Sequence record: SRR20825006_1547
DNA length: 55,558 bases
Direction: 5' to 3' (one strand)
The notes beneath the pieces were generated by a model. That model was given only the letters and a program-made list of their open reading frames with translations, made no database searches and was not told the origin of the DNA. Within the stretch, counting starts at the first letter, position 1. Every line of letters begins with the position of its first letter. Positions 47,991 to 55,558 of this stretch are shown one piece after another. The position numbers and the translations under genes are program-made.

Positions 47991-49280
47991 ATGAAAAAAG
48001 TACTAATCTGCATACCGGTCATTCTCTTAACCTTAGCATTTGCAGTACCTGACAGCTTCTACCCTATTGACGGATACGAACGAACAGGTATTGACAGACT
48101 GGCCCAATTAGAAAAAATAGTGCGCGACAGTATTGCGTATAATCGTATTCCGGCCGGAGCCTATCTTTCGGTTGAGGATATCAAACTTCGATTGACCGGA
48201 AAACAAGATAGCGCGATCGCTTATATGACTGAGGATGCAGAATTTCAGAAAAAAATAGGCAGTTTGTTTTATGGTTTAGACCAGAGCTATTCGATCTCGG
48301 TATTAGATATGACTGATAGTACTAATCTTAAATACGCTGCGCGAAATGAAACCCGAGGATATCAACCGGGAAGCGTGGGTAAATTAGCTATTCTTATCGC
48401 GATGTTTGATCAACTCGAAAAATTGTGTCCTGATGATTGGGGTGCACGAGTGAACCTACTCAAATATAAACGTGTAAAAGGCGGTCCGTTTGCAGTATAT
48501 GACCATCACACGATTCCTGTTTATGATATTGAGCAAGATAAATTAACCCGAAGAACCGCGCGCGAGGATGATGTTTTTAGCCTTTATGAATGGATTGACC
48601 ATATGGTTGCCGTAAGTAATAACGGGGCTGCCAGCGTGGTCTATCGTGAGGCTTTATTGCTGAAAGTTTTTGGAGAAAAATACTTTGATCTTACTGACGA
48701 GGAAGCTATGCAATGGTTTAAAGATACAGATCGTGGCGAGGTGACCAGACTTGCTAATGAAGTAGTAAACGAACCTTTACGCGCAATGGGAATCACAGAA
48801 GATGAGTGGCGTCTGGGTGGTTTTTTTACTAATGGTGGAGAACGCTACGTAGGCAGAATGGGCGGCAGTATTGGTTCACCAAAAGGGTTGATGAAGTTTT
48901 TGATCAATCTAGAACAAGGGAAAGCGGTAGACTCTCTTTCTAGTTTAGAAATGAAACGCATTATGTATCAAACAGAGCGTCGCATTCGGTATGCATATTC
49001 TCACGAATTAGACTCAGCCGCTGTGTATTTCAAAAGCGGAAGTTTTTATAAATGTGATAAAAGCAAAGGTGCTTGCGGTGACTATGCCGGAAATGTTTTT
49101 AATTATATGAATTCTGTAATTATTGTAGAGCATCCTGATGACGGTCCCAAGTATATTGTATGTCTTATGACTAACGTGCTTAGGAAAAATTCGGCTACAG
49201 ATCATATGTATCTCGCAAGCCGTATTGATAAAGTTTTACAAGAAGTAAACCAGCCAAAAGCTTCAGCTACGGGGCAATAA
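47991..49280 (+). CDS. secreted serine hydrolase, class-A beta-lactamase/PBP-like fold
   Basis: Signal peptide; S128-V-G-K, S209-N-N, K348-S-G. Confidence 0.8.
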   Translation: MKKVLICIPVILLTLAFAVPDSFYPIDGYERTGIDRLAQLEKIVRDSIAYNRIPAGAYLSVEDIKLRLTGKQDSAIAYMTEDAEFQKKIGSLFYGLDQSYSISVLDMTDSTNLKYAARNETRGYQPGSVGKLAILIAMFDQLEKLCPDDWGARVNLLKYKRVKGGPFAVYDHHTIPVYDIEQDKLTRRTAREDDVFSLYEWIDHMVAVSNNGAASVVYREALLLKVFGEKYFDLTDEEAMQWFKDTDRGEVTRLANEVVNEPLRAMGITEDEWRLGGFFTNGGERYVGRMGGSIGSPKGLMKFLINLEQGKAVDSLSSLEMKRIMYQTERRIRYAYSHELDSAAVYFKSGSFYKCDKSKGACGDYAGNVFNYMNSVIIVEHPDDGPKYIVCLMTNVLRKNSATDHMYLASRIDKVLQEVNQPKASATGQ

Positions 49281-49301
49281 CATATAAAATTGGTACGCAT
49301 T

Positions 49302-49333
49302 AAATCCCGTTCATTTTTTGGACGGGATTTTTT
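49302..49333 (+). terminator. intrinsic terminator closing the dikinase operon
   Basis: AAATCCCGTTCA/TGGACGGGATTT followed by a T tract. Confidence 0.8.
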
Positions 49334-49443
49334 ATTTACCAAGTTCATTTAAGTCTAAAAATTCTCGTCAGATTATTAAAGAATCTTACTAAATTCAAAC
49401 GGAATTCAGATTCAGAAAATAACCAATACGCACCATAAGTCCT

Positions 49444-49902
49444 ATGAATACTATTCAGTATAAAAAAGAGATTCAAGCGCCCGCGACAAAAGTGTACCGT
49501 ACGATGCTAGGCCTAGATAACATTAAAACTTATGAGAAGTGGACGGCAGCGTTTGATCCCACTTCCACCTATGAAGGAAGTTGGGATAAAGGTTCAAAAA
49601 TATACTTTGTGGGTACTGATAAAGAAGGGAACCGTGGCGGAATGATTTCTGAAATCGTCGAGAATATTGCTAACGAATTTATCTCTATACGCCATTATGG
49701 AATTTTAAAAGGAACTCAGGAAATTACTGAAGGTCCTGAGGTAGCATCGTGGGCTGGTAACCTAGAGAATTATAGCTTTAAGGAGCATCAAGGGATCACC
49801 ACAGTTACCGTAACGAGCGAGGTCCCTGAAGATTATCTTGATTACTTTAATACTACGTGGTCCAAAGCTTTAGACAAGCTTAAAGAACTTTCTGAAGCTT
49901 AA
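49444..49902 (+). CDS. SRPBCC/AHSA1-like domain protein
   Basis: I.AP..KV....L...TY..WT..F, E.Y.F.E..G.TT, W.KAL.KLK. Confidence 0.8.
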   Translation: MNTIQYKKEIQAPATKVYRTMLGLDNIKTYEKWTAAFDPTSTYEGSWDKGSKIYFVGTDKEGNRGGMISEIVENIANEFISIRHYGILKGTQEITEGPEVASWAGNLENYSFKEHQGITTVTVTSEVPEDYLDYFNTTWSKALDKLKELSEA

Positions 49903-49969
49903 ATCTTAGGTTGAGATACTTAAATTAAATTTCAGATTTGTGTCAAAAACATTTTTCAACTAATTTTAC

Positions 49970-49996
49970 ATCGCACACGATTTAATCGCAAAAGAT
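49970..49996. promoter_or_regulatory. candidate OhrR/MarR operator
   Basis: ATCGCACACGAT and ATCGCAAAAGAT at 15-bp period; core CACGATT-T-AATCGCA. Confidence 0.55.
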
Positions 49997-50001
49997 ATAA
50001 A

Positions 50002-50424
50002 ATGAAATATACTACCACTCAAAGCGTTTTTAGAATTATCTTAGGTACTTTAATGGCCATTGCCGGCGTTGGCCATCTCACCTTTCAGCGACAAGAATTT
50101 CAGGCTCAGGTACCACGCTGGCTACCGGATAGTGCCGCTTTTATGGATTTTGTGGTCCTCGCTTCGGGGGTTACAGAAATTCTATTAGGTCTTGCAATGA
50201 TCTTTTTAACCAAGCATCGCATTAAAGTGGGTTTGATTTTAGCGCTTTTTTATGTGCTGATCTTTCCAGGAAACATTTCACAGTACACCAATGGTATTGA
50301 TGCTTTTGGTTTAGATACGGATCAAAAAAGGTTAATACGCTTGTTTTTTCAACCGGTGTTAATCTTATGGGCGCTTTGGTCTACCGGAGCACTCACCTAT
50401 TTGAAGAATAGATTTAAAAAATAA
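50002..50424 (+). CDS. DoxX-like membrane protein
   Basis: AGVGH, VP.WLP, SG..EI.LG, FPGNI, RLFFQP. Confidence 0.8.
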   Translation: MKYTTTQSVFRIILGTLMAIAGVGHLTFQRQEFQAQVPRWLPDSAAFMDFVVLASGVTEILLGLAMIFLTKHRIKVGLILALFYVLIFPGNISQYTNGIDAFGLDTDQKRLIRLFFQPVLILWALWSTGALTYLKNRFKK

Positions 50425-50427
50425 GCT

Positions 50428-50901
50428 ATGAATTTCTACGATTTAGAAGCCAAAACACTTCAGGGAGAAACGATCTCAATGAATTCTTTTAAGGGAAAAA
50501 CGGTTCTTGTAGTGAACACTGCGAGCAAGTGCGGCCTTACGCCACAATATGAGGGACTTGAAGCACTGTATGAGAAGTATAAAGATAATGGTTTAGAGAT
50601 TTTAGGCTTTCCTTGTAATCAGTTTGGTAATCAAGAGCCTGGTGGCGCTGATGCCATAGAAGAATTTTGCCAGGTGAATTACGGTGTTCATTTCAAAATG
50701 TTTGATAAAATTGAGGTTAATGGCAGTAATACGCATCCCGTTTTTAACTACCTAAAGAAGCAGCTTGGCGGAACTTTAGGAAGTCGTATTAAATGGAATT
50801 TCACCAAATTTCTCATTGACAAAGACGGACAACCTGTAAAGCGCTTTTCACCCCTGACTAAGCCCGAGCATCTGACTAAAGACATTGAAAAAATTCTGTA
50901 A
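50428..50901 (+). CDS. gpx: glutathione peroxidase family peroxidase (Cys-type)
   Basis: [27 protein letters not shown]. Confidence 0.95.
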   Translation: MNFYDLEAKTLQGETISMNSFKGKTVLVVNTASKCGLTPQYEGLEALYEKYKDNGLEILGFPCNQFGNQEPGGADAIEEFCQVNYGVHFKMFDKIEVNGSNTHPVFNYLKKQLGGTLGSRIKWNFTKFLIDKDGQPVKRFSPLTKPEHLTKDIEKIL

Positions 50902-51363
50902 ATGAATCAAGAAACTCCTCAATTGCATCTTGAAAACCAATTATGTTTTCCACTTTATGCGGCTTCACGGCTTATGACCAAAATGTATGCTCCTTTGCTA
51001 AAAAAACTGGATGTAACCTACCCGCAATATTTGGTTCTATTGGTTTTATGGCAAAATGGCGAACAGACCGTGAATGCCATTGGATCCTGCTTACTCTTAG
51101 AATCTAACACCCTCACTCCTCTTCTTAAACGCTTAGAACAAAAAGAGTTATTGGTGCGTAGTCGTGCCCAGCACGATGAGCGTGTGGTTTTAGTCAAACT
51201 CACACCTAGCGGTCAAGCGCTAAAGGAAAAAGCAGTAAGTATTCCGCAGCAAATTGCACGTCTTTTTAACGACGTAGATCTTAAAGAAGAAGATTATACC
51301 ATCTTTGAGAAAACCTTAGCCCAGCTTGTACTGGTGTTGAAAGAACGCAGTCAGGAAATTTAA
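50902..51363 (+). CDS. ohrR: MarR family regulator, OhrR-like
   Basis: LENQLCFPLYAASR sensor Cys, TYPQYLVL, TLTPLLKRLE, DER.V...LT..G. Confidence 0.8.
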   Translation: MNQETPQLHLENQLCFPLYAASRLMTKMYAPLLKKLDVTYPQYLVLLVLWQNGEQTVNAIGSCLLLESNTLTPLLKRLEQKELLVRSRAQHDERVVLVKLTPSGQALKEKAVSIPQQIARLFNDVDLKEEDYTIFEKTLAQLVLVLKERSQEI

Positions 51364-54209
51364 GACCCTATCGAATTACCTGTTGCCGTATCTAATAAAG
51401 CAGGTTGCAACTTTTTAAGCGCTAAGGAAGCGAAAGAGCGCACATCACGATTTTTAGCGGTTATTTTGAGTTCGGCAAGCAATGGAAGGAATGAAGTATC
51501 TCCTAAAAATTGAATCAAATAAATCACAGGAAGTCTAAGGTTACCATCACCTACCTCAATGAGTTTTATAAGGGCCTTATTAAAACTGATATCATCTTCT
51601 AAAATCTCTTGATACACATCGACGTCTTCGATAATAGCGAGCTCTAATAAAGGCAATAAACTGTGTTTTAATTTAGGGGAAAGAATATTATCTAAAAACT
51701 CTATAGCATTCGCTCTAGTATCGCGATCTGTACTCACAAAACCTTTGTAGGCCACATCAAGATCTTTTCGGCTGTAGTACACCGCGAGAAGTTGAAAAAT
51801 GGTTTCAATACGCAAGCTTAGCTGTCGGTCTAAAACCTCTAGCAGACCTTCGCGTGCTTGAAGTAATTCGGTTTGATCATCTTCCGGTAAGCGATCATAT
51901 GCCTTAGCATTAAAATTACTTTTGATCACTTTACGACTACTTACAATATCCCGATACTCAAAGGTATACTGCAGTAGAAGCCTAAATACCGTTTTAGGGA
52001 AATAATTAAGCTTAGGATTCTTTCCTTTTAATTTATGCAATGACTTTGCTGAAGCACGGCGAATAAGGTTATCGCGACTCTGGAGTAAGCGCAGTAATAC
52101 ACGCACAGAAGCCTGTGTCTCAAACGTCTGTATCACCGCCGGAATATACTTTTTTGCGTTATTTTTCAATAACTTTTCAGCTTCTCTGGCCAGCAAAATC
52201 TCACTAATGCTTTCCCCGTAGGCGATAAGCGCTGCGATGGCATCTTTTCGGTATTGTTTAACCGTAAGAAAATCAATCAACGCATCAATAAATTGCGGAG
52301 CTCTGGAAATTCCTGCAGCGATAATGGCGTGGCTTACAATATGCGGATTTCGGTTATTAAAGTTAGCCGAAATAAAAGAATAGAATTGCGGCATCTGCGC
52401 GTAACCAATAGACTCTAACAGAAACGACAGTTCCTCAGGACGGTGATCGCTATCAGGTAATTCTAATTCTGCCAGCCACAACTCAATACGCAATTCAAGA
52501 TTGTAGCGGCTTGCGATCTGTTTATTATTTCGTGCTTCTTTTGCCAAGCAAAGTAAGGCTGCGTGCGCAATATAATCGCTGCTGTGATTGAGATAGCTAT
52601 CAAAAATTCGGCTATCATTTAGCGAGGTATGCAAAATGAGATAATTCATCGCCGCATACACTACTTCGTCATCTTTAAGATGCACCATATCACGCACGGC
52701 CTCTAGCGCGGTACCCTCAGGATAATGGTAGAGTTGATTAATCGCAGCGATTTTAACCGCATCGTCTTCGTGATTCAGTAGAGGAATGATCTTTTGCTTT
52801 AAGATCTTTGCATTTCGTTTATTTAGGTGGTTGAGATATTCTACAATTTGTAAAGGATTCCCATTGCTTAAAATACGTTTTCCCAACTCTAGAGGTGACT
52901 TACGCTTGCGCCTCGGAACGCCTTCGGTGACCTCAACAGCTTCTTTAAGACTTTGTCTAAAACTCTTAAAGTAAGAATCTCTAACTCTAAAAATTCCGAC
53001 AATCCAAACCAAAATCAGAAAAATGATAATTACCGTAACATAGTTAGATGGTAACGACAATCCTTTTATCACAAAAATTAAAAGACAGCCGGCAATTCCT
53101 GTAGCGACACTATCAACCACCACATCGATAAATGATTTGGTGCGGTTTTTTATTTCTAAAGAAACCGGCACCATCGCAAGTTCGGTAGCAGCTTTATTTA
53201 CAGATTGTTTAAAGCTTCCGTCAATACCTTTGATGATTATGAGCACCCATAATTCTGGAAATGTCAGGAATAATAAAGAGCCTAATGCAATACCTAACGG
53301 AAGGATTAACAACGAACTATTAACTCCCAACTTTTCTACTACCCGGTTGGTCAAAAACAATTGAATCCCAAGCGAGACCAAATTGAAGGTCGAAAACCAA
53401 AAGCCAAAAAACGAAGCCAACTGATCTGCATCAGGAATGGATCGCGCAGCAAAATCACTAAATTGAAAATCAACAAGTTTAGCAACAATAACACCTAAAC
53501 CTATGATCAAGGCCAGATAGGTTAAGTGTCGCGATTTTAATAAAAGCTTATATGCAGAATCCCCAAGCGATTGGTTGCTACTTTCTGAAATTGAAGCTCT
53601 GCTTACGTATCCCTTTTTATAGATCAAGGATAGTAACGGAATACAAGAAATTATAAACAATGCGGCAATCAGCAGCATGTTTCCATTACCAATATACGGC
53701 ACCAGAATAGTCGTTAAGTAGCCTCCAAAAATCCCTCCTGCAATTGCCCCTGAACCGATGAAACCAAAAAGTCTTTTGGCTTCTCTGGCATTAAATACCA
53801 TATTAGCTAACAACCAAAATTGACTTGTGGTAAGCACGGCGAAAATTCCGCTAATCACATAAAAAATATAAAGCGCTATGGCGCCGATAGCGTTTAGCTT
53901 ATACAATACGGCCAAAAACACAAAAGCCAGTGCAAAGAACACCAGCGATGAAACCATAATACGACGTAAAGAATACCGCCTTACCGCTTGATTATAAAAA
54001 TATGATGTTACGATTGCCGTTGCAGCAATAAGTAAATAACCAAACGCAAGACTATCTGCTCCCAGCCCTTTTAAAAAAAGCGCGTTGACAGTAGGTTTTA
54101 CAATAAGCAGGATCGTGATGATCAAAAAGACGTATAACTGCATGAAAAAAGAGATGGTTATCTCACCATCTCTTATATTAAACGTCTTTTTAAGGAACTT
54201 CTTAATCAC
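51360..54209 (-). CDS. NTT/TLC (Npt1/Npt2) family nucleotide translocase fused to HEAT repeats
   Basis: 12-TM N-half with FW.LAN.VF..REAKRLF and K.FIDV; helical-repeat C-half (RANAIEFLDN); GTG start overlaps the upstream gene. Confidence 0.85.
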   Translation of the reverse strand: MIKKFLKKTFNIRDGEITISFFMQLYVFLIITILLIVKPTVNALFLKGLGADSLAFGYLLIAATAIVTSYFYNQAVRRYSLRRIMVSSLVFFALAFVFLAVLYKLNAIGAIALYIFYVISGIFAVLTTSQFWLLANMVFNAREAKRLFGFIGSGAIAGGIFGGYLTTILVPYIGNGNMLLIAALFIISCIPLLSLIYKKGYVSRASISESSNQSLGDSAYKLLLKSRHLTYLALIIGLGVIVAKLVDFQFSDFAARSIPDADQLASFFGFWFSTFNLVSLGIQLFLTNRVVEKLGVNSSLLILPLGIALGSLLFLTFPELWVLIIIKGIDGSFKQSVNKAATELAMVPVSLEIKNRTKSFIDVVVDSVATGIAGCLLIFVIKGLSLPSNYVTVIIIFLILVWIVGIFRVRDSYFKSFRQSLKEAVEVTEGVPRRKRKSPLELGKRILSNGNPLQIVEYLNHLNKRNAKILKQKIIPLLNHEDDAVKIAAINQLYHYPEGTALEAVRDMVHLKDDEVVYAAMNYLILHTSLNDSRIFDSYLNHSSDYIAHAALLCLAKEARNNKQIASRYNLELRIELWLAELELPDSDHRPEELSFLLESIGYAQMPQFYSFISANFNNRNPHIVSHAIIAAGISRAPQFIDALIDFLTVKQYRKDAIAALIAYGESISEILLAREAEKLLKNNAKKYIPAVIQTFETQASVRVLLRLLQSRDNLIRRASAKSLHKLKGKNPKLNYFPKTVFRLLLQYTFEYRDIVSSRKVIKSNFNAKAYDRLPEDDQTELLQAREGLLEVLDRQLSLRIETIFQLLAVYYSRKDLDVAYKGFVSTDRDTRANAIEFLDNILSPKLKHSLLPLLELAIIEDVDVYQEILEDDISFNKALIKLIEVGDGNLRLPVIYLIQFLGDTSFLPLLAELKITAKNRDVRSFASLALKKLQPALLDTATGNSIGS

Positions 54210-55140
54210 CTAAGTTGCCAGCGCCTTTTGTAGCACTCGCAAGTAAAGTTCGAGATTTTTGTAGAGCTTTCTCTACAGGAAATACTAAATTTCTTATAAT
54301 TTGTTCACCGTTAGGATCTTCAATAAGCGCAACCATAATATACTTGCGACCATCTTCTCCCCAAACTAAAATAGAATCTGAATGATATTGTTTCCAAGAA
54401 CCAGATTTTCTAAATAGACGTGCATTAGGTGCAATGCGCTCAAGCGTATTTACAAACTTGTGGTGCAATGAAGGATTCTCCATAATGTCGAGCATTGCTT
54501 TAGAACGCTCTGGGCTTACCAATTTACCGGTAACTAATTTGTAGTAAAATCTGCAAACTTGTTCTGCAGTTGCGGCGTGGCTGAGTCCTTTCATTGGTTC
54601 AGGTCTGCGTTCTCCGGCAGCCGCATAACGCTTGCCTACCCAAAGACCACCGCCTTTATTCTGATCGTATAACTTATAACGGTCGCTGGTAAGTACACTT
54701 GAGATTTTGTCATACCCCAGACGATCAATCATACGGGTACTGGCCTGATTATTTGATTTACTGATCATTAACCACATATCCTTTTTAACCTCTGCGGTTT
54801 CTTTAAGTTCTCCTTTTTCGATCGCATCCATCGCTGAAAGTAGGATTGCAATTTTAGGCAAACTCGCAGCATACATCATTTCTTCACCGTTAAGACCTGC
54901 ATATTGAATCGCATTAGGGTCATCAAGACTCACAATACCCACAGCCATCTTTTTCTGGTCTACTAGGCGTTTCATTGTAGGATCTTTAGCGATCTGATTG
55001 TATAATTGAGTAGTTAAAACACTGCTGTTAAAATCTTCTAGCGGTGCATCAATACAATCTTTAAATGGAAGTTCTTGTGCAGTTATTTTTGAAGTCATTG
55101 CTACTACTAGCAATACAAGGGCGAAACTTAGTTTTCTCAT
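54202..55140 (-). CDS. secreted serine hydrolase, class-A beta-lactamase/PBP-like fold
   Basis: Signal peptide ...ITA|QE; YAASLPK (SxxK), SNN, KSG. Confidence 0.85.
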   Translation of the reverse strand: MRKLSFALVLLVVAMTSKITAQELPFKDCIDAPLEDFNSSVLTTQLYNQIAKDPTMKRLVDQKKMAVGIVSLDDPNAIQYAGLNGEEMMYAASLPKIAILLSAMDAIEKGELKETAEVKKDMWLMISKSNNQASTRMIDRLGYDKISSVLTSDRYKLYDQNKGGGLWVGKRYAAAGERRPEPMKGLSHAATAEQVCRFYYKLVTGKLVSPERSKAMLDIMENPSLHHKFVNTLERIAPNARLFRKSGSWKQYHSDSILVWGEDGRKYIMVALIEDPNGEQIIRNLVFPVEKALQKSRTLLASATKGAGNLGD

Positions 55141-55260
55141 AAACAATTTTTGGGTCTAATTGATTTTGGGGCTTTAACGCAATATTTACATTAATAGTAT
55201 GCAAAGGTTAAAGAAAAATCAACCTAAAATCAATATTTAACATTCTTTGTTTTAAATAGT

Positions 55261-55276
55261 TGCAAGCGCTATGCCA
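55261..55276 (-). promoter_or_regulatory. sigma-54 promoter-like motif for the serine hydrolase-NTT operon
   Basis: TGGCAT-AGCGC-TTGCA, 120 nt upstream of the ATG. Confidence 0.6.
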
Positions 55277-55320
55277 AAGAAATGTTAAAACTCAAGAAAT
55301 TTAAATGTTTATTTCACTGA

Positions 55321-55558
55321 CTAATAGTCCCATCTACGTGTTTGATTAAGCTGTTCTTCTTTCTCTAATTCTTCCTGCGGAATTACTTTTAAGAAGGAAG
55401 CATGCTGCTCTATGGCATACTCAATCATTTCTACAATATCCTCTACGCTGTCATTTTCGTAGTCGATATCTAATGGTTTTTTAATTTCCATAGTCTGAAG
55501 AATACCGCGTTTTTTTATACGAATTCCCTTTTTATCAAAAGATCTTCTGAAACCATCA
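55321..55558 (-). CDS. 3' end of a probable lysophospholipid acyltransferase family protein (partial)
   Basis: Manual translation DGFRRSFDKKGIRIKKRGILQTMEIKKPLDIDYE...WDY*; resembles flavobacterial PlsC-like C-termini from memory. Confidence 0.55.
   Translation of the reverse strand, partial: DGFRRSFDKKGIRIKKRGILQTMEIKKPLDIDYENDSVEDIVEMIEYAIEQHASFLKVIPQEELEKEEQLNQTRRWDY

Noticed and set aside
50428-50901. Selenocysteine Gpx
   Set aside because: The active-site codon is TGC (Cys) and there is no in-frame TGA
511-53364. Short antisense or nested ORFs in the ORF track (e.g. 511-768, 3890-4150, 34266-34568, 35059-35376)
   Set aside because: They lie within well-supported genes and have no recognisable motifs; treated as shadow ORFs

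Overview
A chromosomal window from a Bacteroidota (Flavobacteriaceae-like) genome, judged from the gldF-gldG-dnaN order, TAnnTTTG -7 promoter elements and AQ-type signal peptides. It is mostly housekeeping and envelope genes: gltBD divergent from a porin-PII-amt operon, a YfhO/GT4/flippase locus, glmM, ggt, YbbAP-TesA, ndh, an ECF sigma and gpx-OhrR. I saw no rRNA, tRNA, CRISPR array, transposase or prophage. The standout is at 45-55 kb, where two convergent two-gene operons each contain a secreted PBP/class-A-beta-lactamase-like serine hydrolase. One also encodes a signal-peptide-bearing dikinase with glucan-water-dikinase-like domain order, and the other an NTT/TLC-family nucleotide translocase-HEAT fusion. 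Together they suggest a periplasmic ATP-dependent phosphotransfer system fuelled by nucleotide export (inference). Other notable items are a 28-bp-phased four-box array before a SatD-DUF3307 pair, an ECF promoter motif shared by two loci, three sigma-54 motifs, ACCC...GGGT palindromes at the nitrogen operon and a 32-aa histone-H1-like ORF missed by the ORF track. All family calls come from motif recognition by eye; no searches were run.
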